Part shown: positions 35,830-47,640 of the stretch, piece after piece
How positions within the stretch are numbered: the stretch's first letter is position 1
Layout of the letters: each line of letters opens with the position of its first letter
Assembly (NCBI GenBank): GCA_038087875.1
Contig: CM075994.1
Location: forward strand, 10,666,001-10,730,000
Reading direction: 5' to 3'
DNA length: 64,000 bases
Source: Malacoraja senta
Taxonomy: Eukaryota
Translations under genes and position numbers: made by a program
Notes under the pieces: model-generated
Told to the model about the DNA's origin: nothing
What the model saw: only the letters and a program-made list of their open reading frames with translations
The model's database searches: none

Positions 35830-36377
35830 TTAGTAATACCTAACACCACGGATTATCAGGGGAGCCGAGTTTTTCCCATCTCTATTCAACCCAGGGTTAA
35901 AGAAGGGAAAGACTCTGCCCTTGAAAGTTTGGTTGAAGGTGTAGAGATGTGTCATGTTGTCCGCATTGTAAAATGACACCTGACCCCCCTCATGGTCCAG
36001 GTACACGCCAATTTTACAGGGTTTCACCTTGATGGCGAGAGGGGTCCTTGGGGAGGTGAGGGCCACATAGGAGTTCCCGTACACAAGGCACATGATACAA
36101 TATCCCATGTCGGGCTGAAGGGTGACATGGCCTTTCCTCACGGCCGATTCCTCGGCCACTCCCAGTTCCCACCAGGTCTTGGTCCCCACCTCGACCTCCC
36201 AGTAGTGCTTCCCCGCAGGGAACCCCTCGGAGGCCAGGGCAGAGGACCTGCGGTCAAACCTCCCCGGAGTGTCGGGCACCTCCTTGCCTTGGTCCCCGAG
36301 CCTCACGCTGGTCAGGTCCTCAGACAGAACGAGGTAGGGGTGGGCCGTGTTGGGATCCAGCGTCAGGGAAACAGGAG
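35830..36377 (-). CDS. Orphan PRY-SPRY (B30.2) terminal exon of a TRIM/butyrophilin-like gene; upstream exons not seen
   Basis: Open frame APVSLTLDPNTAHPYLVLSED...GKHYWEVEVG...KIGVYLDHEGGQVSFYN...FPFFNPG to TAA; AG acceptor at 36379-36378, phase 1. Confidence 0.88.
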
Positions 36378-36406
36378 CTGGCAGAGACATTAAAATAACA
36401 TTGGCG

Positions 36407-36490
36407 GTCACAGTGGCGCAGCGGTAGAGTTGCTGCCTTACAGCGAATGCAGCGCCGGAGACCCGGGTTTGATCCCGACTACGGGTGGTG
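36407..36490 (+). mobile_element. tRNA-derived SINE head
   Basis: A box TGGCGCAGCGG, B-box-like GGTTTGATCC. Confidence 0.75.
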
Positions 36491-36960
36491 TCAACAGACA
36501 ATAGACATTGGGCCCTTCGAACCATTCAACGTGATCATGGCTGATCATCCCCAATCAGTACCCCGTTCCTGCCTTCTCCCCATATCCCCTGACTCCACTA
36601 TCTTTAAGAGCCCTATCTAGCTCTCTCTTGAAAGTATCCAGAGAACCGGCCTCTGAGTCAGAGAATTCCACAGACTCACAACTCTCTTTGTGGAAAAAGT
36701 GTTTCCTCATCTCCGTTCTGGGGTTAGGTAAGGGGGAGGTACAGCGAGACCTGGACGTCCTTGTACACCGTTCACTGAAAGTTGGCTCACAGGGACAGCA
36801 GGCAGTGAAGAGAACTAATGGAATGTTGGCCTTCATAACAAGAGGATTTCAGTATAGGAGTAAAGAGGTTCTTCTGCAGTTGTAGAGGGCTCTGGTGAGA
36901 CCACATCTGGAGTATTGTGTACAGTTTTGGTCTCCTAATTTGAAGAAGGACATCCTTGTG

Positions 36961-37160
36961 NNNNNNNNNNNNNNNNNNNNNNNNNNNNNNNNNNNNNNNN
37001 NNNNNNNNNNNNNNNNNNNNNNNNNNNNNNNNNNNNNNNNNNNNNNNNNNNNNNNNNNNNNNNNNNNNNNNNNNNNNNNNNNNNNNNNNNNNNNNNNNNN
37101 NNNNNNNNNNNNNNNNNNNNNNNNNNNNNNNNNNNNNNNNNNNNNNNNNNNNNNNNNNNN
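36961..37160. other. Assembly gap (200 N)
   Basis: Run of N; round size suggests a scaffolding placeholder. Confidence 0.98.
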
Positions 37161-40100
37161 GAACACTCAGATTCGAAAGCCCAATTGCCGCTAATGCTAT
37201 CCGAGATGGCGCCCAAACCAAGGCGTCTATTTGCCGTGCGATGCAAGATCTACAATCACATATTACAATCGCCCCACACTCTTAAATCTCTACTCCCACC
37301 TCAACATTTCTCACTTTAACTATGATCGGACTTTGCTGGTTTAACCTTGCACTAAACGTTATTCCATCATCGAGTATCTGTCCACTGTACGCGGCTCGAT
37401 TGTAATCATATACTGTCCTTTCTTCCGACTGGATAGCACGCAACAAAAATACTTCACTGTACCTCGAAACACGCGACAATAAACTAAGCTGAAAATCCTT
37501 ATTCCCCTGAGATAGGCACAAAATGCTGGAGACCGTCTCGACCAGAAACGTCACCCATTCCTTCTCTGCAGAGATGTTGCCTGTCCCGCTGAGTTACTCC
37601 CGCATTTTGTTCTATCTGCGGTTTAAACCAGCATCTGCAATTCCTTCCTAAACTCCGAGCCATCAGAATCAGAATCACAATCAGAATCAACACTTAATTC
37701 GCCAAGTATGTTTTGCAACATACGATGGAATTTCATTTGCCAAGTCAGTCATGCAAATAAAAAGCAACAGATCACTCAAAAACACATTTTAACATGAAAC
37801 ATAGAAACATAGAAACATAGAAATTAGGTGCAGGATTAGGCCATTCGAGCCTGCACCGCCATTCAATATGATCATGGCTGATCATCCAACTCAGTATCCC
37901 GTACCTGCCTTCTCTCCATACCCTCTGATCCCTTTAGCCACAAGGGCCACATCTAGCTCCCTCTTAAATATAGCATCCACCACAGTGACTCCTACACATT
38001 CCTCACTGTGATGGAAGGCGAAATAAAGTTCAAGTCCCTTCCCTTAGTTCTTCCGCGGTCGGGGGCCTCGAGCCCTCCGTTGACGGGACGATCTTGACTC
38101 CCGTAGCCGGCGGCGTTCGGGCCTCCGTATCGAGGCGATCAGCTCCTGCATCGGGGGGGTGTCAGCTCCCCCGCGCCGGGCGATCTGACCTCGCGTCGGG
38201 GCGGGTCGAACCTTCCGCGTCGTTGGAGCTCCCGACTAGCCTCTCCTGACTGCTGAGCTCTCGATGGTAAAGTTCGCGGTGGCCGCGGTGGGAGCGATCC
38301 CAGGCAAGGGATCAGCTCCGATGTTAAGTCCGCGCCCCGCGTGGGGCTCAAAGTCAGTCCGAGGAGGCTTCCAGCTCCATCGATGGAAGCCGCAGAGCCC
38401 CGAGAATGTGATCCGAAAATTAATCACATCTCCGGCCAGGTAAGAGTTGAAAAAAAGATTCCCCCGTTCCCCTCCACTCCCCCCACATAAAACATTAAAA
38501 CAAACTTTTAATACACTAAAACATATCAAAAATAATGAAAAAACGAATAGACTGGCGGCAGGGCAGCCATCGCCCCGGCGCTCCTGGTGGTATTCCACTT
38601 GTTGCTTCTCTCTCTCAAATCTGTGCCCATTTGAACCTCGCACAGATGGGAAAGACCTACCCCCCCCCCCCCCATTCCCCCTCTCCACACCGGACCCGAG
38701 CTTGAATTCACTGTGAAAGCTTTCAAATGCCCTTCTCCACAGAGAACCTGCACCCGCTTCTCCGGCCTCAACCTCGACCCGAATCCCCTCATCCTTGAAA
38801 CCATTCCAGTGAATATCTCCTGCGCCCTCCCGATGACCCTAGCTTCATTCATTAAGTTTGGTGACCAGAAATAGGCTTGATGCACCAGTTGGGTCCAAAC
38901 CTGTGTTTTATACAGATTCAAAATAACCTCCTGATGATGTTGGAAGGAACTGCAGATGCTGGTTTAAATCGAAGACCGTCGCAAAATGCTGGAGTAACTC
39001 AGCGGGACAGGCAACATCACCGGAGGGAAGGAATGGGTGGCGTTTCGGGTCGAGACGGTCTCCAGTATTTTGTGCCTATCTAAGTGTAGCCAGTGGGGCT
39101 GAGTGGAATACAACAAAAACACCAATTGCCGCATGATTCAACGGGTAAGGCGACATCTGTGGAGGGACATGGATGTTTCACGGTTCGACTGGTGATCCTC
39201 AGGCTTGATGGACGATTGGCTTCTTCAGTTCTTGTATTTTAAATCGTGCGTAAAAGAACACGCTTTTACAGAATTTACACAGTGGTAATGGATGGACAAA
39301 GTAGCCGAAGGCGTCCGCGGGCTTGGAATGCACTTTGGTCACTCACATTTTCATGAATCGGTGACAGAGACGGCGAGAAAGCGAAGGGAAGAGTCGGGGC
39401 TCGAGCAGAGGAAAGTGGGAGCTGGTTGGAAACTTGCAGTGAGGGAGATGAAGCGTTAAAGCGGTGACCGAGAGCAGGAAGCAGCACCGATACAGACATG
39501 ATGTACCTGAGAGAGGTGAGGGAGGGGTCTGGCGGCGACTAAAACAAGGAATGATCTACGTATCCCACAGAGAGACAGACAAAGCCTGAGCACAACGGGC
39601 TCCCACCTGGAACGGGGAACTCGGTTTGAACCCATTCTTCCAAAGATTCGTTCCGAAGAAAACGAATCTGTTGTGTGGAGAGCAAATGCTGCAAACACGC
39701 TGTAAAGTAATTAATTCGGCGGACTTCAGGACCCGGGGGAGCCCGGAGCTCAGGACCCGCCGCCCGCGGCTGCTGCTGAACCCGCGGGAGGGAGATTGTT
39801 TCAATCTTTATATTTTCACAAAAGTAATTTCTGTTCCGTTGCCGGACGCGGTTAACGCGTTAAAATGAACGGATCGACAGACAGCTCTGATCCCAGTTGC
39901 TGTTTATTTCACTCTTCCCACATTTACATCCCCCCTGGTTTTATTTCCGCGATCACTGGGGTTTGTTTCACGACGCGGAATTTGGGGATTAAATGGGAGC
40001 CGTTCAGCGCCGACCTGTTGTCCACCGGGTATCTGCCCCACAGCCCCTGAGCCCCGCTCCTGACGCCGGTCCCGGGATCCGAGCCTTTTACACACCCGGA

Positions 40101-40775
40101 GCGGAACCGGAGCAGATTCTCAGCCAGTTTCCATCCCAAGTCTCGAAGAGAGGATAAAGTTTCCCCGTGAATTTATTCCCAGTGAAGGTGTGGAGATGGG
40201 ACTTGGTGGCCGCGTCGTAAAATGAAACTGTCCCGGACTCGTAACTGAGATAAACTCCCACCCTCCCGGGGATGGGACGGGCGGGGAGAGGGAATGGAGG
40301 GTCGGTATCTGCATCAAACACGTCACCCCCCCGCCAGATGCTCCAGACTCCAGTATCCGGGATCAGTGTGACCCCTCCCTTCCTCTCCACAGACTCTGCG
40401 GCGACTCCCAGACTCCAGCCCCGACTCCCCGCCACCTCCACCTCCCAGTAATGTCTCCCGGATGTGAATCCCTCCGATCCCAGCACACACACCCATACAC
40501 TGTAAACCTCTTCCCGGTGTCAGGGAGACTCCTCACGGTCCCGGTCCATCTCACCCTCTTCCGATCCTCAGACACCTCGAGCCGCGCATGCGCTGTTTCC
40601 ACATCCAGGGTGACGGAGACTGGGGGGAGAAGCAGAGAATCAGAGAGTCCCCGGGGGTCGGGGGGAGACTCGGGCAGCGCGGTCCCGGGACCGGGGGAGA
40701 GGCCGCTCGGCCTCAGGCACAGGCGGGCGGACAACTGAAACCTTGCCCGGGGTTTCATCGCGACATCAGATGGAC

Positions 40776-42799
40776 GGTACACAAAAATGCTGGAGAAACT
40801 CAGCGGGTGCAGCAGCATCTATGGAGCGAAGGAAATAGGTAACGTTTCGGGCCGAAACCCTTCTTCAGACTAATAGGGGGTGGGGAGAAGAAAGGAAAAA
40901 AGGAAATAGGCGGAGGAGGAGCCCGAGGGCTGGGGGAGGGGAGGAGACAACCGGATGGCTGATGAAGGGGAGGGGACAGCAAGGGCTAGCAGAGTTGGGA
41001 GTATTCAATGTCCATGCCCCCAGGATGTAGACTGCCCAAGCGGAATATGAGGTGCATTTCCTCCAATTTCCGGTGTTGCTCGCTGTGGCCATGGAGGAGA
41101 CCCAGGACAGAGAGGTCAGATACGGAATGGGAGGGGGAGTTGAAGTGCTGAGCCACCGGGAGATCAGGTAGGTTATTGTGGACCGACCGGAGGTGTTCGG
41201 CGAAACGATCGCCAAGCCTCCGCTTGGTCTCACCGATGTAGATCAGCTGACATCTAGAGCAGCGGATGCAATAGATGAGGTTGGAGGAGATGCACGTGAA
41301 CCTCTGTCGCACCTGGAACGACTGCTTGGGTCCTTGAATGGAGTAGAGGGGGGAGGTGAAGGGACAAGTGTTGCATCTCTTGCGGTTGCAAGGGAAAATA
41401 CCCGGGGAAGGGGTGGTATGGGAGGGAAGGGAAGAATTGACAAGGGAGTTACGGAGGGAGCGGTCTTTGCGGAAGGCAGACATGGGGGGAGATGGGAAGA
41501 TGTGGCGAGTGGTGGGGTCACGTTGGAGGTGGCGAAACTGATGGAGGATCACTTGTTGTATGTGACGGCTGGTGGGGTGAAAGGTGAAGACTAGGGGGAC
41601 TCTGCCCTTGTTGTGAGTGGGGGGATGGGGAGAGAGAGCAGTGTTGCGGGGTATGGCAGAGACCCTGGTGCGAGCCTCATCTATGGTGGAGGAGGGGAAC
41701 TCCCGTTCCCTGTAGAATGAGGACATTTTGGATGCCCTGGTGTGGAACGCCTCATCCTGGGAGCAGATGCGGCGTAGACGGAGGAATTGGGAGTGGGGGA
41801 TGGAGTCCTTACAGGAAGCAGGGTGGGAAGAAGTGTAGTCCAGATAGCAATGGGAGTCGGTAGGTTTGTAGTGGATGTCGGTAAGAAGTCTATCACCTGC
41901 GATGGAGGTAGTGAGGTCAAGGAATGGTAGGGAAGTGTCGGAAATGGTCCAGGTGTATTTGAGTGCCGGACGGAAGTTGGTGGTGAAGCGGATGAAGTCA
42001 GTCAGTTGTGTGTGGGTGCAGGATGTGGCACCAAAACAGTCATCGATGTAGCGGAGGTAAAGGTCGGGGATGGGGCTCTGGTATGTATTGAACAAGGATT
42101 GTTCTACGTACCCGACAAAGAGGTAGGCGTAGCTGGGGCCTATGCGTGTGCCCATAGCTACGCCTTGTATTTGGAGGAAATGGGAGGAGTCAAATGAGAA
42201 GTTATTGAGGGCCTCCAGGTCATTCCAGGTGCGACAGAGGTTCACCTGCATCTCCTCCAACCTCATCTATTGCATCCGCTGCTCTAGATGTCAGCTGATC
42301 TACATCGGTGAGACCAAGCGGAGGCTTGGCGATCGTTTTGCCAAACACCTCCGGTCGGTCCGCAATAACCTACCTGACCTCCCGGTGGCTCAGCACTGCA
42401 ACTCCCCCTCCCATTCCTTATCTGACCTCTTTGTCCTGGATCTCCTCCATGGCCACAGCGAGCAACACCAGAAATTGGAGGAAATGCACCTCATATTCCG
42501 TTTGGGCAGTCTACATCCTGGGGGCATGAACATTGAATTCTCCCAACTCTGCTAGCCCTTGCTGTCCCCTCCCTTTCATCAGCCCTCTGGTTGTCTCCTC
42601 CTATCCCCCAGCCCTCGGGCTCCTCCTCCGCCTTTTTTCCTTTTTTCCTTTCTTCTCCCCACCCCCTATCAGTCTGAAGAAGGGTTTCGGCCCGAAACGT
42701 TGCCTATTTCCTTCGCTCCATAGATGCTGCTGCACCCGCTGAGTTTCTCCAGCATTGTTGTATACCTTTGATTTTTCAGCATCTGCAGTTCCTTCTTTA
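40776..42799 (-). mobile_element. Penelope-like element: RT plus GIY-YIG (40986-~42210, minus) fused to an inverted 3' copy (+, ~42215-42799)
   Basis: GVAMGT, LRYIDDCF and YIGETKRRL motifs; pLTRs at both outer ends; TSD ACATCAGATGGAC (40763-40775 / 42800-42812). Confidence 0.93.
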
Positions 42800-42954
42800 A
42801 CATCAGATGGACAACAGGCATCTTTTAAGGAAAATCTCAACTGGGCAAGAGGTGGAATTCTGTGGGTTATCGGGAACGGGAGGGGCCGGGGGCGTGCGGA
42901 CGGGGAAAACAAATGCGTAAAGTGAGGATGAATGAGAGATTGTGGGTGGAGATG

Positions 42955-45900
42955 GAGAAATGTAAAGCAGGATAGTAAAAGCTTCTTTAGGTATGTGACG
43001 AAGAAAAAAATAGTTAAGACCAAAGTTGGACCCTTGAAAACCGAAAAAGGTGAATTTATTATGGGGAACAAGGAAATGGCAGATGAGTTGAACAGGTACT
43101 TTGGATCTGTCTTGACTAAGGAGGACACAAACAATCTTCCTGATATAGTAGTGGCAAGAGGATCTGGGGTGACTGAGGAACTGAAGGAAATCCACATTAG
43201 GCAGGAAATTATGTTGGTTAGACTGATGGGACTGAAGGCTGATAAATCCACAAGGCCTGATGGTCTGCATACCAGGGTGCTTACTAGTGGTTCTAGAAAT
43301 CGTGGATGCATTGGTGATAATTTTCCAATGTTTTATAGACTCAGGATCAGTTCCTGTAGATTGGAGGGTAGCTAATGTCATCCCACTTTTTAAGAAAGTT
43401 GGAGAGAGAAAACGGGGAATTATAGACCAGTTAGCCTGACATCGGTGGTGGGGAAGATGCTGGAGTCAATTATAAAGGATGAGATAGCCGCACATTTGGA
43501 TAGCAGTAACAGGTTCCGTCCGAGTCAGCATGGATTTACGAAGGGGAAATCATGCTTGACTAATCTTCTGGAATTTTTTGAAGATGTAACTAGGAAAATG
43601 GACAAGGGAGAGCCAGTGGATGTAGTGTACCTGGACTTTCAGAAAGCATTTGATAAGGTCCCACATAGGAGATTAGTGGGCAAAATTAGGGCACATGGTG
43701 TTGGGGGTAGAGTGCTGACATGGATAGAGAAGTGGTTGGGAGACAGGAAATAAAGAGTAGGGATTAACGGGTCCCTTTCAGAATGGCAGGCAGTGACTAG
43801 TGGGGTACCGCAAGGCTCGGTGCTGGGACCGCAGCTATTTACAATATACATCAATGATTTGGATGAAGGGATTCAAAGTAACATTAGCATATTTGCAGAT
43901 GACACAAAGCTGGGTGGCAGTGTGAACTGTGAGGAGGATGCTATGAGAATGTAGCGTGACTTGGACAGGTTGGGGGAGTGGGCAGATGCATGGCAGATGA
44001 AGTTTAATGCGGATAAATGTGAGGTTATCCACTTTGGTAGCAAAAACAGGAAGGCAGATTACTATAAATGGCGTCACGTTGGGAAAAGGGGAAGTACAAC
44101 GGGATCTGGGGGTCCTTGTACATCAGTCTATGAAAGTAAGCATAGAAATATAAAAACATAGAACATAGGTGCAGGAGGAGGCCATTCGTCCCTTCGAGCC
44201 AGCACCGCCATTCATTGTGATCATGGCTGATCGTCCCCTGTCAATAATCCTTGCCTGCCTTCTCCCCATTTCCCTTGACTCCACTAGCCCCTAGAGCTCT
44301 ATCTAACTCTCTCTTAAATCCATCCAGTGACTTGGCCTCCACTGCCCTCTGTGGCAGGGAATTCCACAAATTCACAACTCTCTGGGTGAAAAAGCTTTTT
44401 CTCACCTCAGTCTTAATTCTAGACTTAAGAATTAATGACCTCCCCTTTATTCTAAGGCTGTGGCCCCTGGTTCTGGACTCGCCCAACATTGGGAACATTT
44501 TTCCTGCATCGAGCTTGTCCAGTCCTTTTATAATTTTATATGTTTCTATAAGATTCCCCCTCATCCTTCTAAACTCCAGTGAATACAAGCCTAGTCTTTT
44601 CAATCTTTCCTCATATGACAGCCCTGCCATCCCAGCGATCAATCTCGTGAACCTACGCTGCACTGCCTCATTCACAAGGATGTCCTTCCTCAAATTAGGA
44701 GACCAAAACTGTACACAATACTCCAGATATGGTCTCACCAGAGCCCTATACAACTGCAGAAGAACCTCTTTACTCCTATACTGAAATCCTCTTGTTATGA
44801 AGGTCAACATTCCATTAGCTTTCTTCACTGCCTGCTGCACCTGTAAGCCAACTTTCAGTGACCGGTGTACAAGGATGCCCAGGTCTCGCTGCACCTCCCC
44901 CTTACCCAACCTAGCCCCATTGAGATAATAATCTGCCCCCTTGCTTTTGCCGCCAAAGTGGATAACCTCACATTTATCTATATTATACTGCATCTGCCAC
45001 GCATCTGCCCACTCACTCAACCTGTCCAGGTCACCCTGCAACCTCCTAACATCCTCTTCACAGCTCACACTGCCATCCAGCATTTTGTCATCCGCAAACT
45101 TGCTAGTGTGCTTCTAATTCCCTCTTCCAAATCATGAATATATATGGTAAACAGTTGCGGCCCCAACACCGAGCCTTGCGGCACTCCACTCGACACTGCC
45201 TGCCATTCTGAAAAGGACCCGTTCACTCCTACTCTTTGCTTCCGGTCTGCCAACCAATTTTATATCCATGTCAACACCCTACCCCCAATACCATGTGCTC
45301 TAATTTTAGTCACCAGTCTCCCATGCGGGACCTTATCAAAGGTTTTCTGAAAGTCTAGATACACTACATCCACTGGCACCCCTTCATCCATTTTACTTGT
45401 CACATCCTCAAAAATTTCAAGAAGATTCATCAAGCATGATTTCCGTTTCATAAATCCATGTTGACGGACTAATCCTTTTACTGCTCTCCAAGTGCCCCAT
45501 TATTACCTCTTTAATAATTGACTCTAGCATCTTTCCCACCACCGAAGTCAGGCTAACTGGTCTGTAATTCCCCGTTTTCTCTCCCGCTCCTTTCTTGAAA
45601 AGTGCGATAACATTAGCTATCCTCCAATCCACAGGAACTGATCCTGAATCTATTGAACATTGGAAAATGATCACCAATGCGTCCACTATTTCTAGAGCCA
45701 CCTCCCTGAGGACCCTGGGAATGCAGACCATCAGGTCCAGGGGATTTATCATCCTTCAGTCCCATTAGCCTACCAATACTATTTCTCGCCTCATGAAAAT
45801 TTCTTTCAGTTCCTCTACCCCCTTAGATCCTCTGTCCTCCGGTACATCTGGGAGATTGTTTGTGTCTTCCTTTGTGAAGACACAATACCTATTCAACTCT

Positions 45901-47640
45901 TCTGCCATTTCCTTGTTGCCCATAATAATTTCACCCGTGTCTGCCTTCAAAGGACCCACATTTGACTTTGCTACTCTTTTTCCCTTAACATATCTAAAGA
46001 AGCTTTTACTGTCCTTCTTTACATTCCTGGCCAGCTTCCCCTCGTACTTCATCTTTTCAGCCCGTATTGCCCGTTTTGTTTCCTTCTGTTGTCCTATGAA
46101 AGTTTCCCAATCCTCTGGCTTCCGGTTAGTCTTTGCTGTGTTATACATCTTTTCTTTTAGTTTTATTCTATCCCTAACTTCTATAGTCAGCCACGGTTGC
46201 CTCCTACTCCCCTTAGAATCTTTCTTCCTTTTTGGAATGAAATGATCCTGCTTCTTCCGGATTATGCCCAGAAATTCCTGCCTTTGCTGTTCCGCCGTCA
46301 TTCCTGCTAGGATCCCTTTCCAGTCTACCTTGGCCAGCTCCCCTCTCATGCCTTCATAGTCCCCTTTGTTCAACTGCATCACTGCCACTTCCGATTTAAC
46401 GATCTCCTTCTCAAATTACAGATTAAAACTAATCATATTATGATCACTACCTCCAAGCGGTTCCTTTACCTCAAGTTCTCTTAATATATCTGGTTCATTG
46501 GACAACACTAAATCCAGAATTGCCTTTTCTCTGGTTGGCTCCATTACAAGCTGCTCCAAGGAGCCATCTCGGAGGCATTCTACAAACTCTCTTTCTTGGT
46601 GTCCTGAACCAACCTGATTTTCCCAGTCTACCTGCATATTGAAATCCCCCATCACCGCAGTGGAATTGCCTTTGTTACATGCCAGTTTTAACTCCTGCTG
46701 CAACTTACACCCTTCATCCGGGCTACTATTTGGGGGTCTGTAGATAACACCAATTAGTGTCTTCTTGCCTTTACAATTCCTCAACTCAATCCACAGTGAT
46801 TCTACCTCATTGGTCCCTATTTCTTCCCTTGCAAGGGACTGAATTCCATCCCTCACCAGCAGAGCTACCCCCCCTCCTCTGCGCACCTGCCTGTCCTTTC
46901 TATAGGATGTGTAACCCTGAATATTAAGTTCCCAGGCCCGATCCTCCTGCAGCCATGTCTTAATAATCCCCACAATGTCATATCTACCAACCTCTAACTG
47001 AGTCTCAAGCACATCTACTTTACTTCTTATACTTCGCTGCAGGTACAGCAGGCAGTGAAGAAAGCGAAGAAACCTAGTGAGACCACACCTGGAGTATTGT
47101 GTGCAGTTTTGTTCCCCTAATTTGAGGAAGGACATTCTTGCTATTGAGGGAATGCAGCATAGGTTCACAAGGTTAATTCCCGGGATGGCGGGACTGTCAT
47201 ATGCTGAGAGAATGGAGCAGCTGGGCTTGTACACTCTGGAGTTTAGAAGGATGAGAGGGAATCTCATTGAAACATATAAGATTGTTAGAGGCTTGGACAC
47301 AATAGAGGCAGGAAACATGTTCCCGATGTTGGGGGAGTCCAGAACCAGGGGCCACAGTTTAAGAATAAGGAGTAAGCCATTTAGAATGGAGACTAGGAAA
47401 CACTTTTATCTCACAGAGAGTTGTGAGTCTGTGGAATTCTCTGCCTCAGAGGGTGGTGGAGGATGGATCTCTGGAAGCTTTCAAGAGAGAGCTAGATAGC
47501 GCTCCTAAAAATAGCGGAGTCAGGGGATATGGGGAGAAGGCAGGAACGGGGTACTGATTGGGGATGATCAGCCATGATCACATTGAATGGCGGTGCTGGC
47601 TCGAAGGACCAAATGGCATACTCTTGCACCTATTGTCTAT
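42955..47640. mobile_element. Three abutting CR1 pieces: + (42955-44140), - (44150-47035, APE plus RT), + (47036-47640)
   Basis: RT and APE motifs in the ORF track; block absent from the paralogous intron at ~60640. Confidence 0.9.

Noticed and set aside
36787..37285. ORFs spanning the N run
   Set aside because: Artefacts of the assembly gap
38526..38921. ORF conserved in both TRIM duplicates (also 58026-58556)
   Set aside because: Highly decayed CR1 RT fragment (LYKTQV...FWSP...FTGMV) that predates the duplication
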